This document shows, in pieces, positions 45,796 through 60,200 of a DNA stretch of 64,000 nt (the stretch's first letter is position 1; every line of letters begins with the position of its first letter). Under the pieces are notes generated by a model. It was not told the DNA's origin, searched no databases, and saw only the letters and a program-made list of their open reading frames with translations. The position numbers were made by a program, and so were the translations under genes. The stretch covers positions 1,922,001 through 1,986,000 of the forward strand of contig CATNEN010000015.1 of assembly GCA_950097015.1 (NCBI GenBank), given 5' to 3'. The stretch comes from Macrostomum hystrix. Lineage: Eukaryota > Animalia > Platyhelminthes.

Positions 45796-46496
45796 TGTTA
45801 TTTGAGTGACAGACAAAGCTAAAAAGTGAGATTCGAAACTGCGCTGCTGCATGGTGAGATTATTGGACACTGACAATTTAATCAATACGGAACATGGGAT
45901 TTGAAACACAGGCGGATGTCCCGAGCTGACTCAGGGACAGAAAGACAGCAGCAAAACACGGCTGATGAATGCCAGAAAACAAATGATGCTGGCAAGACTT
46001 TGACGGCCAACGTGGCGGCCAGGAGGGCGGCGTCTGAATGAAAAACGAAATGCGGTCGCTGCTGCCACTGTCAGATGCGCTCAAATCTGGGAGCTGAGAT
46101 TGGGATTAAAATCTCCACTCCCCATTCATCCCCAAAGCCGGAGATCGCAGCATCCAATGAGCGACTCCGCATCCGACAGCTTGAGAATGCCGAGTAGGTC
46201 TATAAGGCTGCTCCGCAAAGGGAATCAGTTTATCCCTAATCAATAAGCTTGCCTGCCACCTGTCGATCGCAGCTGCTCAACCTCTTTCCCCCGCTCGAGT
46301 CAGCCGTCAAATTACGAAAATTCAGCACTACCAGCACCCGGCCGCCCAGTTAGCAGGTTGGGCGCCATTCAGGTGGACACCGGCACAGGTATTTCTGCAC
46401 GCACCGCCGCCGTCCTTTAACGAGCCTTCGCTAGCAGCCGAGTCTCCGCAGAGCACATATATCGCGCCGCGGTTCCGACACCTTCGACATCCAGCG

Positions 46497-48230
46497 ATGG
46501 TCAGCGGCGTCAACGGTCAGGAGGTCGCGGCCAAACCGGCCGAGCGGGATCGAATCAAGCTCTTTATCGGCCAGATCCCGCGCTCCATGGAGGAGGTCGA
46601 CCTGCGGCCGCTATTCGAAGAGTTCGGAGCCATCCTGGAGCTCACTGTGCTCAAGGACAAGTTCACCGGGGCGCACAAGGGTGAGCAGGACTGCTCATTT
46701 GAGCACTTGTCGCCTCTCAAAACAATTTGAGCACATGAGCCAGCATGATCCATGAGTGGTTTTCCATGGACTGAACACCTTCTAGCATTCTCAGCATCCT
46801 TTTCATGCTGGAGTAAGCTGTAAATGTATTAGGAAATAAAAAAAATTCTATTTTTTAAACAAAACGGAGCGCATTCGATTGGCACATGATGTACCCGACA
46901 CTGAGGTTTTAGCTCTGCCACTCTCTCCCTGCAAGTCAATGACGGGTGGCTTCCGCCGCAGCTGCTCCCTTCGCTGCCAGGAGTGGGAAAATAGCAGGGA
47001 GGGAATATTTCCCAGCCAGCCAAGTGAGTGGAAATCCTCAGCTGGGGTTGAGGGCTGCTGGCGGCTCCTCCGTCCACTACTTCCTGTCATCCTCTCTTCC
47101 TCTCGCTCCGTCCCGTGTCTCGCCAGAAGGGGTCCCTGTGATTTTTCTGGGGCTGAAGTAGCAGAGGAAAGACTCAATCTTATTGGGCATTATTGTAAAT
47201 CTAGGTTGGTGGTATGCAGGACTGGAAGGTCACGCCAGTTTAGTCCAGTGCTGACTTTGAGCACAGATTGAGCACATCGTGGGGAATGGGAGATTTCTGA
47301 CTGAATGACAGCGCAAAAGAAAGTTTCGCGTGCTTGGCGTAGCTTGAGGTAAAGGCATTGAAGGTGAGATTGAAGATAAAGACAGGTGAAGGTAATAGAT
47401 AAAGACAGATAAGATAGTAGATAAAGACAGATGAGACAGTAGATAAAGACTGGTGAGTTGTAGATAAAGAGATGTGAGACAGTAGATAAAAACAGGTGAG
47501 ACAGTAGATAAAGACAGATAAGACAGTAGATAAAGACAGTTGAGAGAGTAGATAAAGACAGTTGAGAGAGTAGATAAAGACAGATAAGACAGTAGATAAA
47601 GACAGGTGAGACAGTAGATAAAGACAGGTGAGACAGTAGATAAAGACAGGTGAGAGAGTAGATAAAGACAGGTGAGATAGTAGAAAGACAGATAAGACAG
47701 TAGATAAAGACAGATAAGACAGTAGATAAAGACAGATAAGACAGTAGATAAAGACAGGTGAGACAGTAGATAAAGACAGTTGAGACAGTAGATAAAGACA
47801 GATAAGACAGTAGATGAAGACAGGTGAGATAGTAGATAAAGACAGGTGAGATAGCAGATAAAGACAGGTGAGACAGTAGATGAAGACAGGTGAGACAGCA
47901 GATAAAGACAGGTGGAGGTGGTCGTGAGTGAAAGTTGAGACCATGGAGAATGAATTATGGCAGGCAACCTGTTGGGCACGGCAGGTAAAAATGCGCTGAG
48001 AAAACCGGATGGGTTCGTTAGTAACAAATGATGGCTTAAAGCAGAAGATGGAGCTAGAAGACAGATAAGACAGCTCGGGAAATTTTCAGAAAATTAAAAT
48101 TGATGCCATTCATTACCTGCCAAAGCTTTCTCCGCTTTGGAAGACGAAATATCTAGAAATTGGAGGCCAAAAAAGGAACCCTTCCCCTACTCTCTCGGGT
48201 GAAATGTAGGGGATTTCTTTTTCAGTCCGT

Positions 48231-48297
<67 letters not shown>

Positions 48298-51200
48298 GCG
48301 GCGGCCGATCTTGATGGGAGACGGAAGTCGTCCTATTTTTAGTAATTAATTTCGTCAGAAAATTTTCCAGACACCTGATGACTGCGTGATCAAGAAAATA
48401 AATTGACGAGACAAAAAACACGCGTTTCGCGGCTGATTGGCTTTCAAAAGATAAGGCGGCGCTTCCAGCAGAAGCCCTTGAAGGCGGAAATTTTGTTTCA
48501 AAGCCTGCCCCACTGCGGCGAACAAGTAGGATTTAATTCCCTTTGAAATTCGGGCCCGTGTCGTGCCGAGTGTTGTTGAAACCGCTGCCTCTTTGACACC
48601 TGATAGCTGGGGCGTCAAATCTCTGAGTACCTGATATTCTCTGTGCTCATCAATGGCTCACAGCACACGAACCAGCCCTTCCTTCAGCCGACCAAAACAC
48701 TAATTCACTTTCCTCTGCCATCGGTGTCCTGCTTCGGTTTCATGCTCACTCTACCGCGACTTCATCTCACTCTACCGCGACTTCATCTCACTCTACCGCG
48801 ACTTCATCTCACTCTACCGCGACTTCATCTCACTCTACCGCGACTCCATCTCACTCTACCGCGACTCCATCTCACTCTACCGCGACTTCCTCTCACTCTA
48901 CCGCGACTTCATCTCACTCTACCGCGACTTCATCTCACTCTACCGCGACTTCATCTCACTCTACCGCGACTTCATCTCACTCTACCGCGACTTCATCTCA
49001 CTCTACCGCGACTTCATCTCACTCTACCGCGACTTCATCTCACTCTACCGCGACTTCATCTCACTCTACCGCGACTTCATCTCACTCTACCGCGACTTCA
49101 TCTCACTCTACCGCGACTTCATCTCACTCTACCGCGACTTCATCTCACTCTACCGCGACTCCATCTCACCCTACCATCTCTCCTCTCAGCCTGCCATCTC
49201 TCCCTCTCAAGCTACCATCTCTCCCTCTCAAGCTACCATCTCTCCCTCTCAAGCTACCATCTCTCCCTCTCAAGCTACCATCTCTCCCTCTCAAGCTACC
49301 ATCTCTCCCTCTCAAGCTACCATCTCTCCCTCTCAAGCTACCATCTCTCCTTCTCAGCCTACCATCTCTCCCTCTCAAGCTACCATCTCTCCCTCTCAGC
49401 CTACCATCTCTCCCTCTCAAGCTACCATCTCTCCCTCTCAAGCTACCATCTCTCCCTCTCAAGCTACCATCTCTCCTTCTCAGCCTACCATCTCTCCCTC
49501 TCAAGCTACCATCTCTCCCTCTCAAGCTACCATCTCTCCCTCTCAAGCTACCATCTCTCCCTCTCAAGCTACCATCTCTCCCTCTCAGCCTACCACCCCA
49601 GTCCTGTCAGTCATGTGGTCAGCATGCTACTACCTATCCATGCCAAAGTGTCTCAGTCGGCCTGTCTCGCACAGATACTCCAGCCGGCTATGAGTCGCAG
49701 CCGGTCCTGCGCCAGACAGTCGGTCGCGTCGCGTCATTTCTCGATGCGAACCCCCGCTGGGAGGGCGGGGAAATTCATTTCCTGCCCCTAGGAGCCGGCA
49801 TCATAGGGATTTCCTACCGCCGTTGCCGCTGCTGTTGCTTGAATCCGGGAGCGGCGCGATGGGACTAAATCCCTGGTCCCCGCCCGCCCGAATCAAGTCG
49901 CCTGCCGGCTTGGGAGATTAACGCGGCCCGCCCCGACCCTCGAGCAGGAAGCTGTGTCAGGGAGCTCTGCATCTTCCTTCCCGTTTTTATCCTCTAGCGC
50001 AGACAAGGCCCAGTGATTTCTCCACCCCTTTGCTGTTCGCATCCCTGATCCCACTGCCAGGAACAGTCAAGGTATACATTTTAATTAATATTCAATTACG
50101 TAGGCTGGTCGCATCCTTCACCTCTGCTCAACCGCCTCGAGGGAGAGGCTTCAGCCACCCCAGCCCCTTCGATCCCTTTCAGTTTCATTTCAAAATCCTC
50201 ATTGTCTGACTGCTAAAATCATATTTTTCTCCTATACCCGCTCTCTGTCTCTCCTGCTCTCTTTGAGCTGAGCAGCAGAGAGAGGTGGGGCAGATTTGAG
50301 GGTGAGACAGAATGATGAAGATGAGATTATTTCATTGCTGCTTCGCATCAGCGCGCCAAAAATCTGCTCAGAAATGCTTCACAGAACTCTTTTGCACCGA
50401 ATCCCAAAACAAAAGACTCTTGTTAAAAAGAACTGAATTGGCAATACATTTTTTATGGGATAAGTGGGCCTGCACCGCTGGAAGGATTAAAGAGCAAAAA
50501 TATTCAAAACAATTAAAACCACTGCAGTTAATGATCCACAGGTATTCCCATAATACCGGGTAACTGGTTCACAGGTATTCCCATAACACCAGGTAACTGA
50601 TCCACAGGTATTCCCATAACACCAGGTAACTGATCCATATAATGTAATGAATCCATATAATTGGATGCATTACTGGTACACAGGTAAGGGTGGAAGGTAA
50701 ACAAACCTTCTCCTCAATTCCATCAAGTGAAGCCCTTGGTCTCCGAGAAGCAGCAATCGCCAAAAAATCAGCTTTTCTTTTTCTCGACCCCTGCGTCTAA
50801 ATCGTCAGAATGAGGATATTTTTTCTATCTAATGGAAGGCACAGCTCATCGCAAAGCCAACTGGACACGGAAAGCAGGTGAGGATGGCGGGCCTGGCTAG
50901 GGAATACTTTGGTCACGGTGAGATCAGTTCCGCAGATTCTGCGAGTTGTGTTTCTCCAGCGGACTCAATTGATATTCCGCTAGCCAGCAATGTCAGTGCG
51001 TGCGGCTCGTGTTGCCGATTAAATTTGGCCACTTTTTACAATAACCGCACAGTCTGTCAGGGCAGGTGAGAAAATTCCGCTCGGCTGAGGAATAGCAGGC
51101 CTGATCTGGACTTGACTGAGCTGGAGTCGTCCCAGCTGTTTGAGCAGTGCTCAAAGCCGACCAGCATACTCGCAGATAGGAAGAAGCTTCTCAAACCCCA

Positions 51201-54200
51201 TCGGCTTGTCTCTGACTAAGAAATGCATTAGCGGCCCTAAACTGCCCCGATGCCAATAATTCTTCAGCAGCTCTCAGGCTGCCAAATATTTGCCCAGGCA
51301 GACCTGGGAGACATCTACGCTGCTTGAGTCCATCCGAGCCCCCATGGCGGCTGAGGCTTCCCTCACTGCAGCCTCCGTCCGTCCGTCCGTCTGTCTGTCC
51401 GTCTGGCTGACTGGCTGACTTTGAGTTGAAAAAAAATTTTCTCTACCGCCCGTCGATGCCAGCAGCGGAAATGCCACCTGACGCAGGTATCTTCTAAGAG
51501 CAGAATTGTGAGCAGAACGGAGTGTGCCAAAGAGGTCGCTTCCATTTCGACTGTCATTTCAGACCTCACTCAGCCTGATAAGGAATAGAAAGAAGGAAAA
51601 ATATGAAAAAAAGCGGAACTGAAAGGTCCTGAAAGCAGTTGAATGAAATAATTTTATTTTTGCGCATTGTGGTCTTCGCTAGCTGACACCTTCGCAAATA
51701 ACTAACAAAATTATTTCATCAGAAAATTTCACAGCCCCTCTGCTCCGATTCATACCTGCCCTGTGCCTCAAAGTCACGGATACTGCGACAAGCAATTTGT
51801 TTTAATGAATCTCTGCTTTAATTTGTAATTAAATTTTTACCTCGAGGGGGAGCGGATTGTGATTTGAGCAGGGAAAGTGATTTTTATCCTGGGTGCAATC
51901 AAGGAAATTAAAATAAAAATCTGCTTTCCTTTCAATTCCATTATTTCTCAAGAACATAATTGAAATTTGATGGTCAGAGTTAAGGAAGATGAGGTGTAGC
52001 TTGAGGGTAGACTCAGGGGTAAAGATATCGACATACAAAGAGAAAATCACGAGAAACTCACAAACAAAAAGCAATCAGCTTGAAAATAGAAAAGATATTT
52101 TAGGGGGTAGAATGAAGGTTTCAGGGGGAGAATGAAGGTTTCCGGGGGGAGAATGAAGGTTTCCGGGGAGAATGAAGGTTTCCGGGGGGAGAATGAAGGT
52201 TTCCGGGGAGAGAATGAAGGTTTCCGGGGGGGAGAATGAAGGTTTCCGGGGGGAGAATAAAGGTTTCCGGGGGGAGAATAAAGGTTTCCGGGGAGAGAAT
52301 AAATGTTTCCGGGGGAGAATAAAGGTTTCCGGGGAGAGAATAAAGGTTTCCGGGGGGAGAATGAAGGTTTCCGGGGGAGAATAAAGGTTTCCGGGGGAGA
52401 ATGAAGGTTTCCGGGGGGAGAATAAAGGTTTCCGGGGGGAGAATAAAGGTTTCCGGGGGGAGAATAAAGGTTTCCGGGGAGAGAATAAATGTTTCCGGGG
52501 GAGAATAAAGGTTTCCGGGGAGAGAATAAAGGTTTCCGGGGGGAGAATGAAGGTTTCCGGGGGAGAATAAAGGTTTCCGGGGGAGAATGAAGGTTTCCGG
52601 GGGGAGAATAAAGGTTTCCGGGGGGAGAATAAAGGTTTCCGGGGAGAGAATAAATGTTTCCGGGGGGAGAATAAAGGTTTCCGGGGAGAGAATAAAGGTT
52701 TCCGGGGGGGAGAATGAAGGTTTCCGGGGGAGAATAAAGGTTTCCGGGGGGGAATAAAAGTTTTCAGTGGGAGAATGAATATTTTCAGGGTTGAATCAAG
52801 GAAGGGTGGGTTGAGAGTTTATATTTCAGGGGAATAAAGTCGGAGTTAAGAGAATAAAGCCAATGCGGAGGTCAAAGAGGCTGAAAGTGAAAATTATCTC
52901 TGAAAAAAGCAATGGCGATGATGTGCCCCCTTGCCGAAGGTGCAGCACAGTTTATAGTATAATATTAATGCAAAAAATGAATAGGCCTATTTATATAAAA
53001 TTATTTATAAAAGTAACAAGTGAGGGGCATCAAAAGGCTGCGTGATAATTAAATAAGCAATGGCAAGGGCAGCAGCAGCAGCAGCCGTTTGGACTTATTG
53101 GGGATCAGAGGGTATACCTTCTGATCCCCAATTACTCATCCTCATTTCCTGCCAGCAGCAGGGGTGGGCCGCCTTTGATATGGAAAGATCCCATGAAATA
53201 GGGATCGGGGGAGTCGGCCGATCTTTCTCCTTGGCCTAGAAAATATCCCGACTAGTCAACAAGGCAAGAAGCCGCCCACGCGATAAAATGAAATCATTTG
53301 GAGCGAGGAGAATTTCAACTAAAATCTGTACAAGAGAATGAGGATAAGCAGAAGCAGAGAGATTGGAGACAACTTTAGGGAAAGGTGCAAGGAGACTAGT
53401 AAAAGTAAGGTAGAAGAGAAGATATACGTGGGCAGGTGGATGGGTAGATTCAAGAGAAGGTAGAAGGTGGAGGCAGATAAAAGGCGAGATAGAATGGGGA
53501 GATAGAATGGGGAGATAGAATTGGGAGATAGAATGGGGAGATAGAATGGGGAGATAGAAGGGGGAGATAGAATTGGGAGATAGAATGGGGAGATAGAAGG
53601 GGGAGATAGAATTGGGAGATAGAATGGGGAGATAGAAGGGGGAGATAGAACGGGGAGATAGAGGGGGGAGATAGAGGGGGGAGATAGAAGGGGAGATAGA
53701 AGGGGAGATAGAAGGAGAGATGGAAGGGGAATGGACGGGGGTAGCTAGAGTGGAGTCAGGCAGGTCACAGCGCCTGCAGGAAGCCAGTCGTGAGGAAGAG
53801 TAAAAGCAGCGAAGGCAGAGCGGGCCAGAACAAAGGGAAGCGCACTCAGGAAGGAGAGATTGAAGAGCAGATTGGGGCAGGCAGCTGAAACGGCGGCGCA
53901 GATCAGGGCCAAAAGATGGCAGAAGGGAAAGCTGGAATGCTTTTTTAAGCAGCGTCAGCAGAGCCAGGTTGCTCAAATTTCCAGCATTTCGAAGCTGGCA
54001 GAGGCAGATGGTAGGCAGACAAAAGCAGTCTGGGACACTGCTGCTGCCAACCACTTCGTCTTTGTCTCTGGTCCCGTCTGATATTTTTTTATTCTCCCGT
54101 AGCATTCAGCAGGCCCAAAAACAATGAGCCCGAGAGCTAGTTTCTGTCCCTGTTAAATGTAGCTGGGAACAATGAGACTGCCGGGTTCACAAGCTGGTTT

Positions 54201-57200
54201 GAGAGCTCAACCACTGCTCACCGGCTTGTTATTATTTAGGAGCGGATTGGGCGGAAGAATTCCTGCGGGATTTGAGCACAGGCCAGCAAAACCTGTGTTC
54301 TGCTTTTTGTTTCTTTTAGAAATAACCTGTTAGACTCCGTGCTATGATAGATTATCTGAGACTCCGTGGCAGATTCTGTGTGGCATCCTGTTAGATTCTG
54401 TGTGGCAGCCTGTTAGATTCTGTGTGGCATCCTGTTAGATTCTGTGTGGCATCCTGTTAGATTCTGTGTGGCATCCTGTTAGATTCTGTGTGGCATCCTG
54501 TTAGATTCTGTGTGGCATCCTGTTAGATTCTGTGTGGCATCCTGTTAGATTCTGTGTGGCATCCTGTTAGATTCTGTGTGGCAACCTGTTAGATTCTGTG
54601 TGTGGCATCCTGTTAGATTCTGTGTGGCAACCTGTTAGATTCTGTGTGGCATCCTGTTAGATTCTGTGTGGCAACCTGTTAGATTCTGTGTGGCATCCTG
54701 TTAGATTCTGTGTGGCATCCTGTTAGATTCTGTGTGGCATCCTGTTATTACCAGTTATGAATCCATGCCAATATCAAATGACTCATTCTATGACACCTGT
54801 CACCTGAATTTCATTTCAGGTTGCGCATTTCTCACCTACCTGCAGCGAGACTCAGCCATCAGGTGCCAGGGAGGCCTGCACGAGAAAAGGACTCTGCCTG
54901 GAGTGAGTTTGAGATCTCAGATGAGATTATAAGAGTTGATAAATTGATAAATTGAAAATCATGAGAGACGGTGAGAATTACATGAGAAAATAATGAGACA
55001 GATGAGAAAATGACAAGAACATAATGTGGGATGTAAGAGAAAATCATAGAAAACAAATAATAATTAAAAATCAGACAAATGATTTAGTACTCAACAAATC
55101 CTACTGCAAGTAGAGAAGTGAGTAAGTAGAGCTAAAATTCTATGAGGGAGGGAGATGACAGTAGCGAATAGGCGAACAATCAGTGCGGAAGAACAAGTTG
55201 GGCACATGTCGGACGACCAGCTTTGGACTGCCCCGTGGGACTGGGGGATGATGAGGCGAATGAAGCCAGCCGGCTGTTGTAAGCGAGAAGCTGAGCAGAC
55301 AGAAATGAAATTACCGGCCGAACAAGAGCGAAACCCGCATTCGGTGTCAAAATGCGATTACTTGCCTTTCTCAGGGAAATCTGAGCTTTCTCAGGGGACC
55401 GCGAGCAAAGCCGACTTCCTCTGGGGAGCCTGTTCATAATTGAAGGGCCTAATAAGGAAATGCCTGGAAATCCCAGATCCTACAGTGTGTTTCTACCCAA
55501 ATCCCAGATCCTACAGTGTGTTTCTACCCAAATCCAAAATCCTTCAGTGTGTTTCTACCCAAATCCCAAATCCTTCAGTGTGTTTCTACCCAAATCCCAA
55601 ATCCTTCAGTGTGTTTCTACCCAAATCCCAGATCCTTCTGTGTGTTTCTACCCAAATCCCAGATCCTTCTGTGTGCTTCTACCCAAATCCCAGATCCTTC
55701 TGTGTGTTTCTACCCACATCCCAGATCCTACAGTGTGTTTCTACCCACATCCCAGATCCTACAGTGTGTTTCTACCCAAATCCCAGATCCTTCAGTGTGT
55801 TTCTACCCAAATCCCAGATCCTTCTGTGTGTTTCTACCCAAATCCCAGATCCTTCAGTGTGTTTCTACCCAAATCCCAGATCCTTCTGTGTGCTTCTACC
55901 CAAATCCCAGATCCTTCTGTGTGTTTCTACCCACATCCCAGATCCTACAGTGTGTTTCTACCCACATCCCAGATCCTACAGTGTGTTTCTACCCAAATCC
56001 CAGATCCTACAGTGTGTTTCTACCCAAATCCCAGATCCTTCAGTGTGTTTCTACCCACATCCCAGATCCTACAGTGTGTTTCTACCCAAATCCCATATCC
56101 TCGTATAGATTCTACCCACATCCCAGATCCTACAGTGTGTTTCTACCCAAATCCCAGATCCTTCAGTGTGTTTCTACCCAAATCCCAGATCCTTCTGTGT
56201 GTTTCTACCCACATCCCAGATCCTACAGTGTGTTTCTACCCACATCCCAGATCCTACAGTGTGTTTCTACCCAAATCCCAGATCCTTCAGTGTGTTTCTA
56301 CCCAAATCCCAGATCCTTCTGTGTGTTTCTACCCAAATCCCAGATCCTTCAGTGTGTTTCTACCCAAATCCCAGATCCTTCTGTGTGCTTCTACCCAAAT
56401 CCCAGATCCTTCTGTGTGTTTCTACCCACATCCCAGATCCTACAGTGTGTTTCTACCCACATCCCAGATCCTACAGTGTGTTTCTACCCAAATCCCAGAT
56501 CCTACAGTGTGTTTCTACCCAAATCCCAGATCCTTCAGTGTGTTTCTACCCACATCCCAGATCCTACAGTGTGTTTCTACCCAAATCCCATATCCTCGTA
56601 TAGATTCTACCCACATCCCAGATCCTACAGTGTGTTTCTACCCAAATCCCAGATCCTTCTGTGTGCTTCTACCCAAATCCCAGATCCTTCTGTGTGTTTC
56701 TACCCACATCCCAGATCCTACAGTGTGTTTCTACCCACATCCCAGATCCTACAGTGTGTTTCTACCCAAATCCCAGATCCTTCAGTGTGTTTCTACCCAA
56801 ATCCCAGATCCTTCTGTGTGTTTCTACCCAAATCCCAGATCCTTCAGTGTGTTTCTACCCAAATCCCAGATCCTTCTGTGTGCTTCTACCCAAATCCCAG
56901 ATCCTTCTGTGTGTTTCTACCCACATCCCAGATCCTACAGTGTGTTTCTACCCACATCCCAGATCCTACAGTGTGTTTCTACCCAAATCCCAGATCCTAC
57001 AGTGTGTTTCTACCCAAATCCCAGATCCTTCAGTGTGTTTCTACCCACATCCCAGATCCTACAGTGTGTTTCTACCCAAATCCCATATCCTCGTATAGAT
57101 TCTACCCACATCCCAGATCCTACAGTGTGTTTCTACCCAAATCCCAGATCCTTCAGTGTGTTTCTACCCACATCCCAGATCCTACAGTGTGTTTCTACCC

Positions 57201-60200
57201 AAATCCCATATCCTCGTATAGATTCTACCCACATCCCAGATCCTACAGTGTGTTTCTACCCAAATCCCAGATCCTTCTGTGTGCTTCTACCCAAATCCCA
57301 GATCCTTCTGTGTGTTTCTACCCACATCCCAGATCCTACAGTGTGTTTCTACCCAAATCCCAGATCCTTCTGTGTGTTTCTACCCACATCCCAGATCCTA
57401 CAGTGTGTTTCTACCCACATCCCAGATCCTACAGTGTGTTTCTACCCAAATCCCAGATCCTTCAGTGTGTTTCTACCCAAATCCCAGATCCTTCTGTGTG
57501 TTTCTACCCAAATCCCAGATCCTTCAGTGTGTTTCTACCCAAATCCCAGATCCTTCTGTGTGCTTCTACCCAAATCCCAGATCCTTCTGTGTGTTTCTAC
57601 CCACATCCCAGATCCTACAGTGTGTTTCTACCCACATCCCAGATCCTACAGTGTGTTTCTACCCAAATCCCAGATCCTACAGTGTGTTTCTACCCAAATC
57701 CCAGATCCTTCAGTGTGTTTCTACCCACATCCCAGATCCTACAGTGTGTTTCTACCCAAATCCCATATCCTCGTATAGATTCTACCCACATCCCAGATCC
57801 TACAGTGTGTTTCTACCCAAATCCCAGATCCTCGTATAGATTCTACCCACATCCCAGATCCTACAGTGTGTTTCTACCCAAATCCCATATCCTCGTATAG
57901 ATTCTACCCACATCCCAGATCCTACAGTGTGTTTCTACCCAAATCCCATATCCTCGTATAGATTCTACCCACATCCCAGATCCTACAGTGTGTTTCTACC
58001 CAAATCCCATATCCTCGTATAGATTCTACCCACATCCCAGATCCTATACAGTGTGTTTCTACCCAAATCCCAGATTGGGGTCTACGAAAGCTGCAGATTA
58101 GACGCAGCATTCCGCCTATTTTAGCTCGCAGCTGCTAGCGGCTGTTGCCGAGCTGCTCCGCAATGTTCCGCTCACTTTGTTGAGGCCCACCTTCAGTCCG
58201 CGATAAGGCGGGTCCCCCAAGGCTCCATTTAGATAAGACTGCCCACACACAAGCAGGCTGGGGGGATAAGGGAATTGTATTCCAAAGATTATCCTTGGCG
58301 ACAGGGAGTAGGGAAGGCGTGGGACATTGTGTGAGTGCCGCGGATCGTGGCTCCGCTTGTAGACTCAGGTGTTGCTGTTGGTTCTGCTTTTGCTTGCAGG
58401 TAGGGGGGAGGTAAGTTGGTGAGGCTGGGAAGATAAGCCGCTGCTGAGTCATCCCCGCACCCAGCCAGCAGTAATGTGCCCAGTCCGACTCCCCAGCCGC
58501 GGTGCTGAAGGTGGTTTTTTATTCTCGGTCTGCGGAGAAACTCAGCAAATAGCCCGACTCCGGGACTGAGCAGGCGCCAAACTGCTGGCTCAATACTTCT
58601 TCTTCCCCTTCCCCAAATCCCCTCTTTACCTTTTCATCTATCATTCCTGTTCTGATGCTTATCAGGCATTTCCTCAGGCTGTTTGCTCTACCCAACTCAG
58701 GCCCGGGGGATTTGGCGAACTGGGAGAATTCTTCTCCGGAACGGTGGGGATCGGAAGAAGCCTGGTTGAACAATGAGACTACTCAGTGGGGCCATTTTAA
58801 TAACGGGTGAGCACAATTTTCTGCCGAAGCTGTGTAAAATGAAATGCAGCAGAATAGAAAATAGATCGCGAGCATCCTAAGGAATCAGGATTGACACCTG
58901 GATAAGGAATCAGGATAGACAAGTGGATAAGGAATCAGGATAGACACCTGGATAAGGAATCAGGATTGACACCTGAATAAGGAATCAGGATTGACACCTG
59001 GATAAGCAATCATGATAGACACCTGGATAAGGAATCAATATTGACACCTGAATAAGGAATCATGATAGAGACCTGGATAAGGAATCATGATAGAGACCTG
59101 GATAAGGAATCAGGATAGAGACCTGGATAAGGAATCAGGATAGAGACCTGGATAAGGAATCAGGATAGAGACCTGGATAAGGAATCAGGATAGAGACCTG
59201 GATAAGGAATCAGGAAAGACACCTGGATAATGAATCAGGATAGAGACCTGGATAAGGAATCAGGATAGAGATCTGGATAAGGAATCAGGAAAGACACCTG
59301 GATAAGGAATCATGATAGAGATCTGGATAAGGAATCAGGAAAGACACCTGGATAAGGAATCAGGATAGACAACTGGATAAGGAATCAGGATTGACACATG
59401 GATAAGGAATCAGGATTGACACCTGGATAAGGAATCAGGATAGACACCTGGAAAAGGAATCATGATAGAGACCTGGATAAGGAATCAGGATAGAGATCTG
59501 GATAAGGAATCAGGATAGACACCTGGAAAAGGAATCAGGATAGACACCTGGATAAGGAATCAGGATAGACACCTGGATAAGGAATCAGGATTGACACATG
59601 GATAAGGAATCAGGATTGACACCTGGATAAGGAATCAGGATTGACACCTGGATAAGGAATCAGGATAGACACCTGGATAAGGAATCAGGATAGACACCTG
59701 GAAAAGGAATCAGGATAGACACCTGGATAAGGGATGAGGATTAAAGGAAGGAGAGCTGAAAGAAGACGTGACAATGAAATCCTGTATCCAGGCAGAACTA
59801 AAGGCAATGAATAGCATCTGAGGTTTTGCACATTGCTACAAAATCGCGTTGCCCTGAGAGACTTCCTGGGAACGATTCACAATGAGAAATTGGAAGTGCC
59901 GCCCGCTGCAGCTGTTGCTGAGTGGGTATTGTGGGACTAGAGAGTGAGTGAGTGCTGAGTATCAGAAGGAAAAAAATGATATTGTGAAGCAGTAGGCCGG
60001 TCTGTATCGCGAGAAGGCGGTATAACTGCAGCTCCCGCGGAAGGCGTGGCGAGAAACCAAAAAGTAAAAGAGAGAAAAAAACTCAGAGTTAAAGAGAGAG
60101 AGAGAAAAGGATGAGGAAGGCGGACTCAGAACCTTCTCACTCTTTGAGCCGACATGCTCCTCCGTGCAGAGCTCAGTGGGTCTCATCCAGCCTCTCAGTC

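Noticed and set aside
48113-48421. Poly-Leu/poly-Ala ORFs at the (CAG)n tract
   Set aside because: Intronic microsatellite with no convincing splice sites or coding context.
55440-57900. 772-794-aa ORFs in the 31-bp satellite
   Set aside because: Satellite translation inside a CELF intron.
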